Below are positions 37,926 through 47,382 of a stretch of 64,000 nucleotides of DNA, piece by piece (the stretch's first letter is position 1; every line of letters starts with the position of its first letter). Source of the DNA: Escherichia phage UPEC03; sequence record MW250785; one strand, given 5' to 3'. The translations under genes and the position numbers were made by a program. The notes under the pieces are model-generated. The model had not been told where the DNA came from and ran no database searches. It saw only the letters and a program-made list of their open reading frames with translations.

Positions 37926-38813
37926 ATGAATCTGTTTATTACTGTAGGCGTACCAGGTAGCGGGAAAACTACATGGGCGAAAGAAAAAGCGCGTCAACTG
38001 GGGAACACGCTGACTGTTTCCCGTGACGATATCCGCAAAACCCTTTACTGTGCTGGCGGTGATCTGACTAACTACCGATTCACCGAAGAGAAAGAACTGT
38101 TTGTTTGCCGTGTGCAAGAAGATACAGTTCGTAATGCCCTGGCGAGTGGAAAGAACGTTATCGTTCACAATACCCATTTACACCAAAAAGATCATGATGT
38201 GTGGCGAGAGATCGCGAAAGAGTTCAATGCTGATTTCCATATCGAATGGATTGATGCCGATATCGTAGAACTCCTGAAACGCAACCATAAACGCGGTGTG
38301 AATGCTCTACCTGTTTCCCGTGTCTGGGCGATGTTCGAACAGTACCGTAAACTCCGTGGCTGGGTTCCGGCTATGAGCTATGCAGATCCGAGCAAACCGA
38401 AATGCGTTATCTTCGACGTTGACGGGACATTAACCAAAGTTGGACAACGTAGCCCGTATGACTTCACGAAGGTTATCAACGATCCGCCTAACCCTCCTGT
38501 TCAAGAACTGTTCAGGATGTATAAGGCCGCTGGTTATGCCTGTGTTGTTGTGTCTGGGCGTGAGGGTACTGCACAGTGCGCACATGATACCGCTGCAAGC
38601 CTGATCGGGTACGATATTGACCTGAGTGATGGTATCTACATGCGCGAAGAAGGTGATCATCGTCACGATTTCCACGTAAAAGAGCAAATACTTGTTGAAA
38701 AGATTCTCGATAAGTATTATCCTGTTCTTGCAGTGGACGACAGGGATACACCAGTCGGGATGTGGCGAATGAACGGTATCCCATGTTTCCAGGTTGATTA
38801 CGGCGACTTCTAA
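37926..38813 (+). CDS. pseT: polynucleotide 5'-kinase/3'-phosphatase
   Basis: P-loop GVPGSGKTT, HAD phosphatase DVDGTL; co-linear with T4 Pnk. Confidence 0.9.
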   Translation: MNLFITVGVPGSGKTTWAKEKARQLGNTLTVSRDDIRKTLYCAGGDLTNYRFTEEKELFVCRVQEDTVRNALASGKNVIVHNTHLHQKDHDVWREIAKEFNADFHIEWIDADIVELLKRNHKRGVNALPVSRVWAMFEQYRKLRGWVPAMSYADPSKPKCVIFDVDGTLTKVGQRSPYDFTKVINDPPNPPVQELFRMYKAAGYACVVVSGREGTAQCAHDTAASLIGYDIDLSDGIYMREEGDHRHDFHVKEQILVEKILDKYYPVLAVDDRDTPVGMWRMNGIPCFQVDYGDF

Positions 38814-38873
38814 AAACAGTTGACAGTGAAGTGCGGGTGTGATAAGATACCCGCACAAACAAAGGAGAATATT

Positions 38874-39140
38874 ATGGTTATTCGTGAAAATGAAAATGTG
38901 ATGGTTGAACTGGGTGATCGTGTTAAAGTTGAGAATCCTGTTGAACTTCAACTGAAACTCAACCAGTTAGGCCAGCGCATTGCTGATAAAATTCCTGCTG
39001 GTTATACAGTGAAGATTGTCCGCGATGGTCAGTTCTCCTTCCTCCTGGGTATTTTGAGTCAACGCAACATCGTTGAACAACAGTTCGGGATTCAGTGGAA
39101 TCCGGTAACTAAATTCGTAACATGGGCGGCAGTATTATGA
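38874..39140 (+). CDS. hypothetical protein
   Basis: AAGGAG SD, ORF. Confidence 0.4.
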   Translation: MVIRENENVMVELGDRVKVENPVELQLKLNQLGQRIADKIPAGYTVKIVRDGQFSFLLGILSQRNIVEQQFGIQWNPVTKFVTWAAVL

Positions 39141-39391
39141 GTGACAAAATCAGAAAGATCCATCAAGCATGGTTCTGTACTGAACCAACGATGCTTCGGT
39201 ATGGTTGTGTGTTTGGGTTGGTTGATAATGATCCGCAACAGGACATTGCAACAAGTCCGGTTGTTGAATACGCGATTCCGGCGAACAAATCGTTTGTTGA
39301 AGTAGTGACACGTTCAGGTACTACGTATCACATCGTTAACCCTGATAACGATTTCATCAAAGACATTCTGAAATATATGGATGACCGTTAA
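39122..39391 (+). CDS. hypothetical protein
   Basis: ORF. Confidence 0.4.
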   Translation: MGGSIMSDKIRKIHQAWFCTEPTMLRYGCVFGLVDNDPQQDIATSPVVEYAIPANKSFVEVVTRSGTTYHIVNPDNDFIKDILKYMDDR

Positions 39392-39921
39392 TGAAATTCA
39401 AAGTAATGAATATGCTGAGAGCAATCGATCGGAGTCAACGTTCTCAATGTATTTCGAATCGTGTAGGTGCTATTATCGCGATGGGTGGTCGTGCCGTCGC
39501 GTGGGGAGAAAATAATACGGTTGACCTTGATTGTCGTTGCAACTCATGCAACAATCATATGGTGAATGATGACGGTAAACTGAAAGCGGTTGATCGTCCT
39601 GAACATTCAGCGTGGTCAAACGATAACGAAATTCATGCAGAAATGAAAGCGCTATTGAGTGCGCACACAAGAGGTGTTATACTCAAAGATGCAGCACTTT
39701 ACACAACTGCATCGCCTTGCCCTAACTGCGCGAAACATATCGAATGGTATGTTGCTAGCGGGGCGATTACATCGGTGTATTATCTCGATAAATACGATCG
39801 TGGTAATGATGAATGGATTTCACGCTTGCAGAAATATGGCTGTGTCGTGGAACAAATTAAACGGGAAGAGTTAGAATCGTTTATCGACTTTTCCAAAGTA
39901 GTGTTTAACAACAATGAGTAA
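39391..39921 (+). CDS. cd: dCMP deaminase
   Basis: HAEM...PCPNC zinc-binding deaminase motifs. Confidence 0.85.
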   Translation: MKFKVMNMLRAIDRSQRSQCISNRVGAIIAMGGRAVAWGENNTVDLDCRCNSCNNHMVNDDGKLKAVDRPEHSAWSNDNEIHAEMKALLSAHTRGVILKDAALYTTASPCPNCAKHIEWYVASGAITSVYYLDKYDRGNDEWISRLQKYGCVVEQIKREELESFIDFSKVVFNNNE

Positions 39922-40270
39922 AGAAATGTCTGAACTGAAAGTAAAAGCATCCGGCGAATATGTGATCATCGAAGCTACTGCGCGTCCGCAGGGTTCCGAA
40001 ATCAAATCTGAATCTGGTATCGTGGTTGGTGTACGCCAGCACGGGGAACAACCTTTTTATGGTAAAGTTGTTTCTGTAGGCGTAGACGTTCCAGCAGAAG
40101 CGGCAGAACGAATCCTGGGTAAATATATCCCACTGCCAAGCGCTCACATGGCGAATGTTCCTGACCCTGATCTGGTTGCGGGTTACATTTCCGAAAAAGA
40201 AGCAAAAGAGAAGGAAACAAAATACGTTTCCGCACATTACAAAGCAATCCAGGCAATCTACGAGATCTAA
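39914..40270 (+). CDS. 31: co-chaperonin gp31 (GroES-like)
   Basis: GEYVIIEA...ESGIVVG parallels T4 gp31. Confidence 0.8.
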   Translation: MSKEMSELKVKASGEYVIIEATARPQGSEIKSESGIVVGVRQHGEQPFYGKVVSVGVDVPAEAAERILGKYIPLPSAHMANVPDPDLVAGYISEKEAKEKETKYVSAHYKAIQAIYEI

Positions 40271-40272
40271 AA

Positions 40273-40524
40273 ATGGCTAAATCAATTCAAGCAATTATCG
40301 CTGATACCGTCAGCAAATCCAAAAAGCTGTTCGACAAAGGCGAAATTCTGGAAGCCCCGACGCGTATTGACGTAATGACATCAATGATCATTGATGCGCA
40401 TCAGGGTAAACTAAAATCCCGTGCCGATGAAGTCATGGCGTACATCGTCCAGTTCGAAGACGTATGTAAGTACGCGAAAGATGTTGATCCGCTGGTTCGC
40501 GAAATCTATCGCAAACAGTTCTAA
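40273..40524 (+). CDS. hypothetical protein (position and size of T4 rIII)
   Basis: Synteny/size only. Confidence 0.35.
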   Translation: MAKSIQAIIADTVSKSKKLFDKGEILEAPTRIDVMTSMIIDAHQGKLKSRADEVMAYIVQFEDVCKYAKDVDPLVREIYRKQF

Positions 40525-40531
40525 AAATTCC

Positions 40532-40608
40532 GGCCCTTTAGCTTAATTGGTTAGAGCGGGTGACTCATAATCGCGCGGTTGCTGGTTCGAATCCAGCAGG
40601 GGCCACCA
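40532..40608 (+). tRNA. tRNA with CAU anticodon (Met, or Ile if lysidine-modified), encoded CCA
   Basis: Acceptor GGCCCTT/AGGGGCC, T-arm GCTGG-TTCGAAT-CCAGC, anticodon loop CTCATAA; hand-folded. Confidence 0.75.
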
Positions 40609-40613
40609 AATAC

Positions 40614-40689
40614 GCAGGTGTAGTTCAATTGGTAGAATATCTGGTTTCCATCCAGATTGTTGAGGGTTCGAGTCCCTTCACCTGCTCCA
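40614..40689 (+). tRNA. tRNA-Gly (UCC), encoded CCA
   Basis: Acceptor GCAGGTG/CACCTGC, anticodon arm TCTGG-TTTCCAT-CCAGA, T-loop TTCGAGT; hand-folded. Confidence 0.8.
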
Positions 40690-40838
40690 ATTCGGGTGCG
40701 TAGCGCAATGCCGTTAAATGGTTCGGAATATGCAACCTTATCGTATGCGATAGGCTCTGTTGGTATCCGGTAATAGGTTCCCCGGAATGCGGGGTGAAGT
40801 AAAGAAACTTCCAGCCCACAAATTTAAAAGAGAAAAAT

Positions 40839-41258
40839 ATGAAAGGTCTCCAAAAGCTGTTTGAGTTAACCCCAAAAATTCGCGAAATCGTCGCTGCATC
40901 AACTGAAAAAGAAATCAACGGTAAATTGATGAAACTGTTTACCGAAGAAATCACTGATTTCGATAAAGAATATCGTAAAGCGTTCGATGCGTATTCTGTT
41001 GATGGTTTCTTTGCATCACCGCAGGTGAATAGCAAACATGAATATCATCGACGATTCTTTGACTGGTCGATCGTCAATATCGTTCGACGAACTGATATCG
41101 AACCTACGAACCATCAGTTGATCTCTATGGATTCTTCTGTGTTCTTTATCCAGTATCTTATTACTGGTGGATTTAAAGCAGAAGGTATTCCGTTCTACAA
41201 CGAAGCTCTGGAAGAAGAATTCGCAGAAGCGTATAAGTATATCAAAGCAGTTCGTTAA
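40839..41258 (+). CDS. hypothetical protein
   Basis: ORF. Confidence 0.45.
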   Translation: MKGLQKLFELTPKIREIVAASTEKEINGKLMKLFTEEITDFDKEYRKAFDAYSVDGFFASPQVNSKHEYHRRFFDWSIVNIVRRTDIEPTNHQLISMDSSVFFIQYLITGGFKAEGIPFYNEALEEEFAEAYKYIKAVR

Positions 41259-41300
41259 TCAACAGGCTATCTTCGGATAGCCTTTTTTCTGGAGAAGCAC

Positions 41301-41870
41301 ATGCGCTTTTTAAAATACGCAAGCTGGTTTGTACTGGTTCCCCTGGATATTCTGTCCGGTGTTCTGGCTATTCTGCTGGCTCCTTTCGTGGTTCCGTTCT
41401 ACAGTGACGAAACAGGACATTTGCCTAAAGGGTTCCGTTGGATGGAAACATTCGATAACCCGATCGATGGTGATGGTGGACATATCCGGCGTTGGGCTAA
41501 CATCCGGTATCACTTAGGCGCTCTGGGTGTGTATGCGCAGCGTGTAGGCTGGTTGTGGCGTAACAAGGCGTACAACTTCGCTTATAACGTCTTAGGGCGT
41601 GAAGCACAATCAGACTTCGACTGGAAGGGAAACCCGAAAACAGAAGGTGGTTCCGACCCATCACGTCACGGTTATCTGTTGATGTGGAATGATTCGGCAT
41701 GGGGGCTTTATGTCTTCAAACCGTGGCTTAAAGTCGGAAAGGTTCAGTTCTGCTTACGCGTGTATTGCGGGTGGAAACTGAAACAGGAAGTAACTGACCC
41801 TAACGGGCTGGATCGTGCAATGCTGGCGTTCCATATCAACCCGTTACGTTATTATGTCGTAGAAAGGTAA
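41301..41870 (+). CDS. hypothetical membrane protein
   Basis: N-terminal TM helix. Confidence 0.45.
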   Translation: MRFLKYASWFVLVPLDILSGVLAILLAPFVVPFYSDETGHLPKGFRWMETFDNPIDGDGGHIRRWANIRYHLGALGVYAQRVGWLWRNKAYNFAYNVLGREAQSDFDWKGNPKTEGGSDPSRHGYLLMWNDSAWGLYVFKPWLKVGKVQFCLRVYCGWKLKQEVTDPNGLDRAMLAFHINPLRYYVVER

Positions 41871-41874
41871 TACA

Positions 41875-42237
41875 ATGAAAGCATATCAGATTTTAGAAGG
41901 TTTACACACTGGTACAATCTACCTGGAAGAAGGTAATGATGTTCGTGTGGTGGTATCCAAAACCCTCGAAATGGATTCAGTGATCGGTAAAGCTCGCGTT
42001 GCTCCATTCGCAAAACGTGAAGTCGATATTGAATTTCAACCCACTGTTAAAGTGGAAGGTGGACAACACTTAAACGTAAACGTGTTGCGCCGTGAAACTC
42101 TGGAAGACGCTGTGAAGCATCCAGAAAAATACCCACAGTTAACGATCCGTGTGTCCGGCTATGCAGTGCGTTTCAATTCACTGACTCCTGAACAACAGCG
42201 CGACGTTATCGCCCGAACCTTTACAGAGAGTCTATAA
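41875..42237 (+). CDS. grcA: autonomous glycyl-radical cofactor (GrcA/YfiD-like)
   Basis: C-terminal ...[61 protein letters not shown] with RVSGY glycyl-radical motif. Confidence 0.85.
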   Translation: MKAYQILEGLHTGTIYLEEGNDVRVVVSKTLEMDSVIGKARVAPFAKREVDIEFQPTVKVEGGQHLNVNVLRRETLEDAVKHPEKYPQLTIRVSGYAVRFNSLTPEQQRDVIARTFTESL

Positions 42238-42518
42238 TGGCGATTGAAGACGTACAGGGCTATAAGCCCCATTCAAAAGAAAAGATCGACAAAGTAAACC
42301 ACATCAAGGCCGCTGAAATTGCCCTGGGCGAAATCTTCAAAGAACTGGATGAAGAGTATTCAAGCGATTACGCGGTATCAGATACCGATTCATTCACCAC
42401 AGAAGAACTCGATGCGATGCTTGAACGTGTCCATCAAATCCAACTGGCGAAAGACCGACTGAAAGAAGCCTCTATGTGGGCGTGTCGTGCGGTGTTCCAG
42501 CCAGAAGAAAAGTATTAA
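42237..42518 (+). CDS. hypothetical protein
   Basis: ORF, ATGA-type coupling. Confidence 0.4.
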   Translation: MAIEDVQGYKPHSKEKIDKVNHIKAAEIALGEIFKELDEEYSSDYAVSDTDSFTTEELDAMLERVHQIQLAKDRLKEASMWACRAVFQPEEKY

Positions 42519-42526
42519 AATCCAGC

Positions 42527-42553
42527 CGTTGCCGAAAGGTAGCGGCTTTTTTC
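42527..42553 (+). terminator. hairpin CCGTTGCC-GAAA-GGTAGCGG + TTTTTT
   Basis: Seen in sequence. Confidence 0.55.
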
Positions 42554-42643
42554 GTTTTTATGCAAAATAATGCTTGCACTGAATCAGGCTTTCTTGTATC
42601 TTTAACCACGTAGGCAAGACAACTTAACTTTGAGGATGACATT

Positions 42644-42937
42644 ATGAAAACTTACAACATGAAAGAACTGGTTTGCTTCAACACTCGTCGTGAAGCCCGT
42701 GCGTATGTTCTGGCGGCTGGTAAGAATACCTCTGCTGTAATCGACCTGGGTACTGATAAAGCTGTTGGCGCACGTTGGGCTGCTGTTGTGGTTATCGCTG
42801 CTCCTGTGACTCCTGTTAAAACTCTGGTTCTGGGTGCGCGTAAAGCCGAAACTCTGAAAACCAGCACTTGCGGGGCGGGTGGTGTTCATAATGTTACGGT
42901 CATTCGAAAAAGATCTTTTAATCGAGTCGGTGTATGA
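42644..42937 (+). CDS. hypothetical protein
   Basis: ORF. Confidence 0.35.
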   Translation: MKTYNMKELVCFNTRREARAYVLAAGKNTSAVIDLGTDKAVGARWAAVVVIAAPVTPVKTLVLGARKAETLKTSTCGAGGVHNVTVIRKRSFNRVGV

Positions 42938-43027
42938 AGGTATACGGGGAAAACATAAAGAACAATCTCCGAAGAGATTGATGTAATCAATGAATTTCTA
43001 TGTAGACCATACGTTAAGAGAGTTATT

Positions 43028-43468
43028 ATGAATATTGGTAGTGGTGATTCATACCCATCATGCGCATTGAGCAACTTCGCCCCGCATCCGTTTACGTTTG
43101 ACGGGGTAGAATGTGCATCAATGGAGGGCTTTTTACAAAGTCTGAAATTCAGCAATCCAGATATGCAAGCGCATGTGTGTACGCTGGTTGGTAAAGCCGC
43201 CAAGTTCAAAGGCAAGAAAAAGAAATGGTATCGCGATCAGACCCTATACTGGAAGGGTATGCCGATTCACCGTGAATCAGAAGCATATCAAATCCTGATT
43301 GAAAACGCGTACAATGCTCTTTTCCTGAATGACGGGTTCCGCCGTGCGCTGGCTGCAACCGGAAAAAGTACCTTGACTCATTCAATGGGAAAGAATAAGA
43401 TGAATGAAACGGTACTCACTGAACGTGAGTTTGTCCGAAATTTAACCCGATTGAGAGATCTGTTATGA
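43028..43468 (+). CDS. NADAR-domain (YbiA-like) protein
   Basis: CALSNFAPHPFTFDGVECASMEGFLQSLKF resembles the NADAR signature. Confidence 0.6.
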   Translation: MNIGSGDSYPSCALSNFAPHPFTFDGVECASMEGFLQSLKFSNPDMQAHVCTLVGKAAKFKGKKKKWYRDQTLYWKGMPIHRESEAYQILIENAYNALFLNDGFRRALAATGKSTLTHSMGKNKMNETVLTEREFVRNLTRLRDLL

Positions 43469-43743
43469 TAGGTTATAAAGATTATGATGAAAGAGTAGAA
43501 TGCGCGTTCCTGTTCAAAGGCGCGATTAACCCGTTGGCATTACTCCACGCACAGGGTGCTTTGAGTTCTACCCTGATTATGGGTGTTATCTACAAAGCAG
43601 GTGTGTATTACGTTACCATCGGCGCAAACAACATTAACGTGATCAACAGCTACGTTGAAAAATGTAAGCTGAAAGATATTGTGTTCGATAAAGTCGAAAT
43701 GGATGTTCCAGGCTTCGACGCTGTTTATATGTACAAGGGCTGA
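43465..43743 (+). CDS. hypothetical protein
   Basis: ORF. Confidence 0.4.
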   Translation: MIGYKDYDERVECAFLFKGAINPLALLHAQGALSSTLIMGVIYKAGVYYVTIGANNINVINSYVEKCKLKDIVFDKVEMDVPGFDAVYMYKG

Positions 43744-43745
43744 TA

Positions 43746-43991
43746 ATGAGTTACGTAATTTATTTCGATTGTTCGGATCTTGATCCTTTCGTTCTGCAAC
43801 AGGCAAAGAAATATCATCAAGATATCACTGGTATCAGTGTCACGAACGATGATATGCTGTGCATCGAATTTGATTATTATCGTACATTTGAGCGTGACAA
43901 ATTCCTTGCGGATATTGAAGCGTTTAAAGTACCCTTTTCTTTGATCGTTATGAGGTTAAATCTTGAAACCAGTTATTCTTACCGACATTGA
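43746..43991 (+). CDS. hypothetical protein
   Basis: ORF. Confidence 0.4.
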   Translation: MSYVIYFDCSDLDPFVLQQAKKYHQDITGISVTNDDMLCIEFDYYRTFERDKFLADIEAFKVPFSLIVMRLNLETSYSYRH

Positions 43992-44568
43992 CGGGATCGC
44001 CGTAAAATGGCAGTCGGGGTTGCCGTTCTTTTTGTCTAAACACAACATGCCGACCGATATCGCGCTGGATATGGTTACGGATGAAAAGTTCCGCGATATG
44101 ACCGAAATCTTCGGGTGTGATCACCAACTGGCGAAAATTCTCATGGAAGAATACAACAACAGTTCGTTTATTCGCTATCTAAGCGCGTATGACGATGCGT
44201 TAATTGTTATCAACCGTCTGAAAGCCAAATATGATTTTGTGGCTGTCACGGCGCTGGGAACCACTCCTACGGCAAGCCTTAACCGTATTGCAAACCTGAA
44301 CACGCTGTTCCCTTCTGCATTCAAAGAGGTTTGTGTTGTCGGTCACGGCGAAACGAAAGTACATCGTTACCTGGAAGCCAAAGCAAAATATGGCGATCGT
44401 TTAGTATGTTTCATTGATGACCTTGCAGTAAACTTGAATGAGTGTCATAACGTCATCAGTCAGTTGCCGTTATTCCATATGTTGCGTGGCGAACGTAGTG
44501 AACCGAGTGTACCTCATACTAAAGTGAATAACTGGCATGAAATTGAAAAAGCAATTGAGAACTCTTGA
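43963..44568 (+). CDS. HAD-superfamily hydrolase (possible deoxynucleotide 5'-monophosphatase)
   Basis: Motif I LTDIDGI, C-terminal FIDD. Confidence 0.45.
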   Translation: MKPVILTDIDGIAVKWQSGLPFFLSKHNMPTDIALDMVTDEKFRDMTEIFGCDHQLAKILMEEYNNSSFIRYLSAYDDALIVINRLKAKYDFVAVTALGTTPTASLNRIANLNTLFPSAFKEVCVVGHGETKVHRYLEAKAKYGDRLVCFIDDLAVNLNECHNVISQLPLFHMLRGERSEPSVPHTKVNNWHEIEKAIENS

Positions 44569-45088
44569 TGAAGAAACGCAAGGTATAGAAAACCTACTAC
44601 AATGTATTCGAGTAGAACCAGAAACCGGAAAATGTTTCTGGTTGGAAAAGAGAAGTAATAAAATTCCTGCTGGAAGTGAAGCAGGTTCTTTTCATAAATC
44701 AAGTGGATATACGCGAATAAAATTCGAAAATGCGATGTACATCCGGTCACGGGTGATATTTTATTACGTTAATGGTTATCTTCCAGTGATGGTTGACCAT
44801 GTTCACGGTGTTGAATGCGGTGATATGATTTCTAATCTAAGGGAGTCCAATCAGGTAACAAATCAACAAAACCGCACACGGAATAAAAATAATACCGTTG
44901 GGTTTAAGGGCGTGTCATTCAACAAGAAATCGCAAAAATATAGCGCCAAAATCACTTTACATGGAGTGACTAAGTGGTTAGGATTTTATGATTCTGCCGA
45001 GGAAGCAAGTGAAGCATATAAGGCCAAAGCACTCGTTTCCTTTACACATAATGAAAGGTACTTAAATGATCTTACAGATTCTAAATGA
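44537..45088 (+). CDS. HNH homing endonuclease with AP2 domain (paralogue C)
   Basis: RSRVIFYYVNGYLPVMVDHVHGVECGDMISNLR + AP2-like VGFKGVSF...GFYDSAEEASEAY; overlaps both flanking genes. Confidence 0.8.
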   Translation: MKLKKQLRTLDEETQGIENLLQCIRVEPETGKCFWLEKRSNKIPAGSEAGSFHKSSGYTRIKFENAMYIRSRVIFYYVNGYLPVMVDHVHGVECGDMISNLRESNQVTNQQNRTRNKNNTVGFKGVSFNKKSQKYSAKITLHGVTKWLGFYDSAEEASEAYKAKALVSFTHNERYLNDLTDSK

Positions 45089-46589
45089 ACTCGCTTCGAC
45101 TCTGAAAATTTCAGAGAAGGAAGCGATCCTGAAACGTAATGCAGGTAATGATCTGCTGAAAGAGATTTTCCGCATTACGTACACGAAACAGATTATGTTT
45201 CACATTAAGAAGTTTCCGCAGGTGGACGGTAAGCCAGGCACAACCCCGCTATCGAATGCTATCGCGGATTTGATGTCTGATTTGGCAACGCGAAAATATA
45301 CGGGCAACGCAGCCCGTGATCGTCTGCTGGATATCGTATCATCGGTGAACGAGAATGATCGCGAAGTGCTTCGCCGTATCATTAACCGCGATCTGGAATG
45401 TGGTGCTGGTACAACGTTACCGAACCGCGTATGGAAGAAACTCATTCCAGAACAGCCTCAATGCCTCGCTACGCCGTTTAGTGAGAAAGCCTTAAAACGT
45501 ATTCGCTTCCCTGCTTACTCGCAGCTTAAAGCCGATGGTGCGCGTTGTATGTCCGATCTGTTAGAGAATCAGATCCGCAAAGCAACCCGCGCGGGAAATG
45601 AGTATGAAGGTTTGGTGAATCTGGACAAGGATCTGAAAAAGATTCGTGAATATCTGGGTTATGATGTTGTACTTGATGGAGAACTGATTTATGTCCCTGC
45701 TGAAAAAACTGCTGTCGTTCCTTCAAACAGCGTTCCATTTAGTCTTGCTGGGTTTATGGGCGATGACGACGATTCTGTTTCTGACCTTGTGGCAGATGTT
45801 AGGCGGGAAGCTACCGAGAACGAGACACAAGCGGAAGCGAAACGCGAAGAGGGCAACGGGATTGTAAACAAATCCCTGAAAGGTACTATCAGCGACGAAG
45901 AACAGCGCAATATCGTTTATGTTGTCTGGGATATCGTACCGTATGAAGTATACTATGGCGATGCTCCGAGTGTTCAACCATATTGCGATCGTTTCTCTAT
46001 CCTGGAAGGTGCGCTGGCTGGCTCTGGTGTAACATCGGTTAAGTTGATCCCTTCTATCCTGGTGCAGAACTACGCGGAAGCGAAAAAGGATTACAACAAT
46101 TACCGCAATGACGGTAAAGAGGGTTCAATCCTGAAAAACGTTGATTTCAAATGGAAGGATTCACGCGTTGCGGATCAGGTGAAGTTGAAGAACAAAACCC
46201 CGATTGAACTGCGAATCATCGACGTGTACGAACACACCAAAGAAGCTCATAAGGTCGGAGGGTTCGTGGTTGAGGACTTATCAGGAGAAGCCAGAACAAA
46301 CACAGGTTCCGGTCTGACTGATACGGACTACCGATACGATGAAGACGGTATTAACCGCGTGTACATCCCGTTAGAAGAACGTGGTGAACTGGATCGCGAA
46401 TACATCATGGCGAACAAAGATGACTATATCGGCGCTATCGTCGAAATGGAAGTTGACGGACTCCAGAAGTCTAAAACGCGTAAGAAGGGCGAACCTGAGT
46501 TCAGTTTCTTCTTGCCAATCATCAAGAAGATCCGACGCGATAAGACCGAACCGGATGATATTCACGTTATCTTCGCTGATCTGTTTTAA
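45066..46589 (+). CDS. 30: ATP-dependent DNA ligase gp30
   Basis: MILQILNELAS...FPAYSQLKADGARC (adenylation Lys)...co-linear with T4 DNA ligase. Confidence 0.9.
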   Translation: MILQILNELASTLKISEKEAILKRNAGNDLLKEIFRITYTKQIMFHIKKFPQVDGKPGTTPLSNAIADLMSDLATRKYTGNAARDRLLDIVSSVNENDREVLRRIINRDLECGAGTTLPNRVWKKLIPEQPQCLATPFSEKALKRIRFPAYSQLKADGARCMSDLLENQIRKATRAGNEYEGLVNLDKDLKKIREYLGYDVVLDGELIYVPAEKTAVVPSNSVPFSLAGFMGDDDDSVSDLVADVRREATENETQAEAKREEGNGIVNKSLKGTISDEEQRNIVYVVWDIVPYEVYYGDAPSVQPYCDRFSILEGALAGSGVTSVKLIPSILVQNYAEAKKDYNNYRNDGKEGSILKNVDFKWKDSRVADQVKLKNKTPIELRIIDVYEHTKEAHKVGGFVVEDLSGEARTNTGSGLTDTDYRYDEDGINRVYIPLEERGELDREYIMANKDDYIGAIVEMEVDGLQKSKTRKKGEPEFSFFLPIIKKIRRDKTEPDDIHVIFADLF

Positions 46590-46605
46590 ATAGCACTTTT
46601 TGCTA

Positions 46606-46680
46606 AAAAGCCCCTTGCATGAGTAAGGGGCTTTTGTTATATTACAAACATCGAAACGAAACAGACAAAAGGAACATCCC
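46606..46680 (+). promoter_or_regulatory. PeSL-like cassette: terminator hairpin containing -35 TTGCAT, 17-nt spacer, -10 TATATT, conserved leader ACAAACATCGAAACGAAACAGACAAAAGGAAC
   Basis: Seen in sequence; best-preserved copy. Confidence 0.55.
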
Positions 46681-46953
46681 ATGCAAATCACTAAAGAACT
46701 CGAAGGCAAAGTAATCGTTCTGGTAAATGAAGACCGTTTGGCACAACTGGGTAACGGTGGTGAAAAACTGCCAGCGGACGCACTCGAAAGCCTTTCTAAA
46801 ATGCGTGTGATGCGTGTTACTGACGGTTGGGTTACTTGTCTGCCTCTGAACGACGAAGACAAAGCCGTATACGATGCACAAGCGGATTCATGGGATATCG
46901 AAGTACCTCTGGTAAACATCGAAGTTGAAGAGTGCTACGAAATCGAAAAATAA
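46681..46953 (+). CDS. hypothetical acidic protein
   Basis: ORF directly after cassette. Confidence 0.45.
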   Translation: MQITKELEGKVIVLVNEDRLAQLGNGGEKLPADALESLSKMRVMRVTDGWVTCLPLNDEDKAVYDAQADSWDIEVPLVNIEVEECYEIEK

Positions 46954-47014
46954 TGCTTGCTTACTGGGTAATGTAGTGGTACATTACCCATATCGAAACG
47001 AAAGGAGAAACATC
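46930..47014 (+). promoter_or_regulatory. cassette variant: -35 TTGCTT, spacer containing perfect 10-bp inverted repeat GGGTAATGTA/TACATTACCC, -10 TACATT, leader ATATCGAAACGAAAGGAG
   Basis: Seen in sequence. Confidence 0.5.
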
Positions 47015-47194
47015 ATGAAAATTATGCACACTGCAAATCAACTTCAAAACGGCAACTACGCTATCCACGATGCTATCGGTGCGCTGGTTGGGGTTTATCT
47101 TCATGGTATCAAACTCCTTGAAGTAAGTGGGAATACCTTTTATGGTGTTGAAAACATCGAAGCAGCGATGGAAATTATCGGTGACCTGAAATGA
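47015..47194 (+). CDS. hypothetical small protein
   Basis: ORF from internal ATG with AAGGAG SD. Confidence 0.4.
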   Translation: MKIMHTANQLQNGNYAIHDAIGALVGVYLHGIKLLEVSGNTFYGVENIEAAMEIIGDLK

Positions 47195-47382
47195 GTAAGA
47201 AACTCGAAATATTCGAAACTATCAGCGAAGACCCTAATCATCGCTGGTGCTGTGCGAAAACTGGTTTTGATGCTGCATGGGGTGATACTCCAGAACAGGC
47301 GCGTAAAAACTGGGAACACCAACAATTGTTTTTTGCCTGTCGGGTTCCTACCAATTATGAGGGGAGTCAATTGTTAGCATGA
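47191..47382 (+). CDS. hypothetical small protein
   Basis: ORF. Confidence 0.35.
   Translation: MSKKLEIFETISEDPNHRWCCAKTGFDAAWGDTPEQARKNWEHQQLFFACRVPTNYEGSQLLA

Noticed and set aside
40625-41035. 136-aa minus-strand ORF
   Set aside because: Overlaps the tRNA-Gly gene and the following non-coding region; no SD; spurious.
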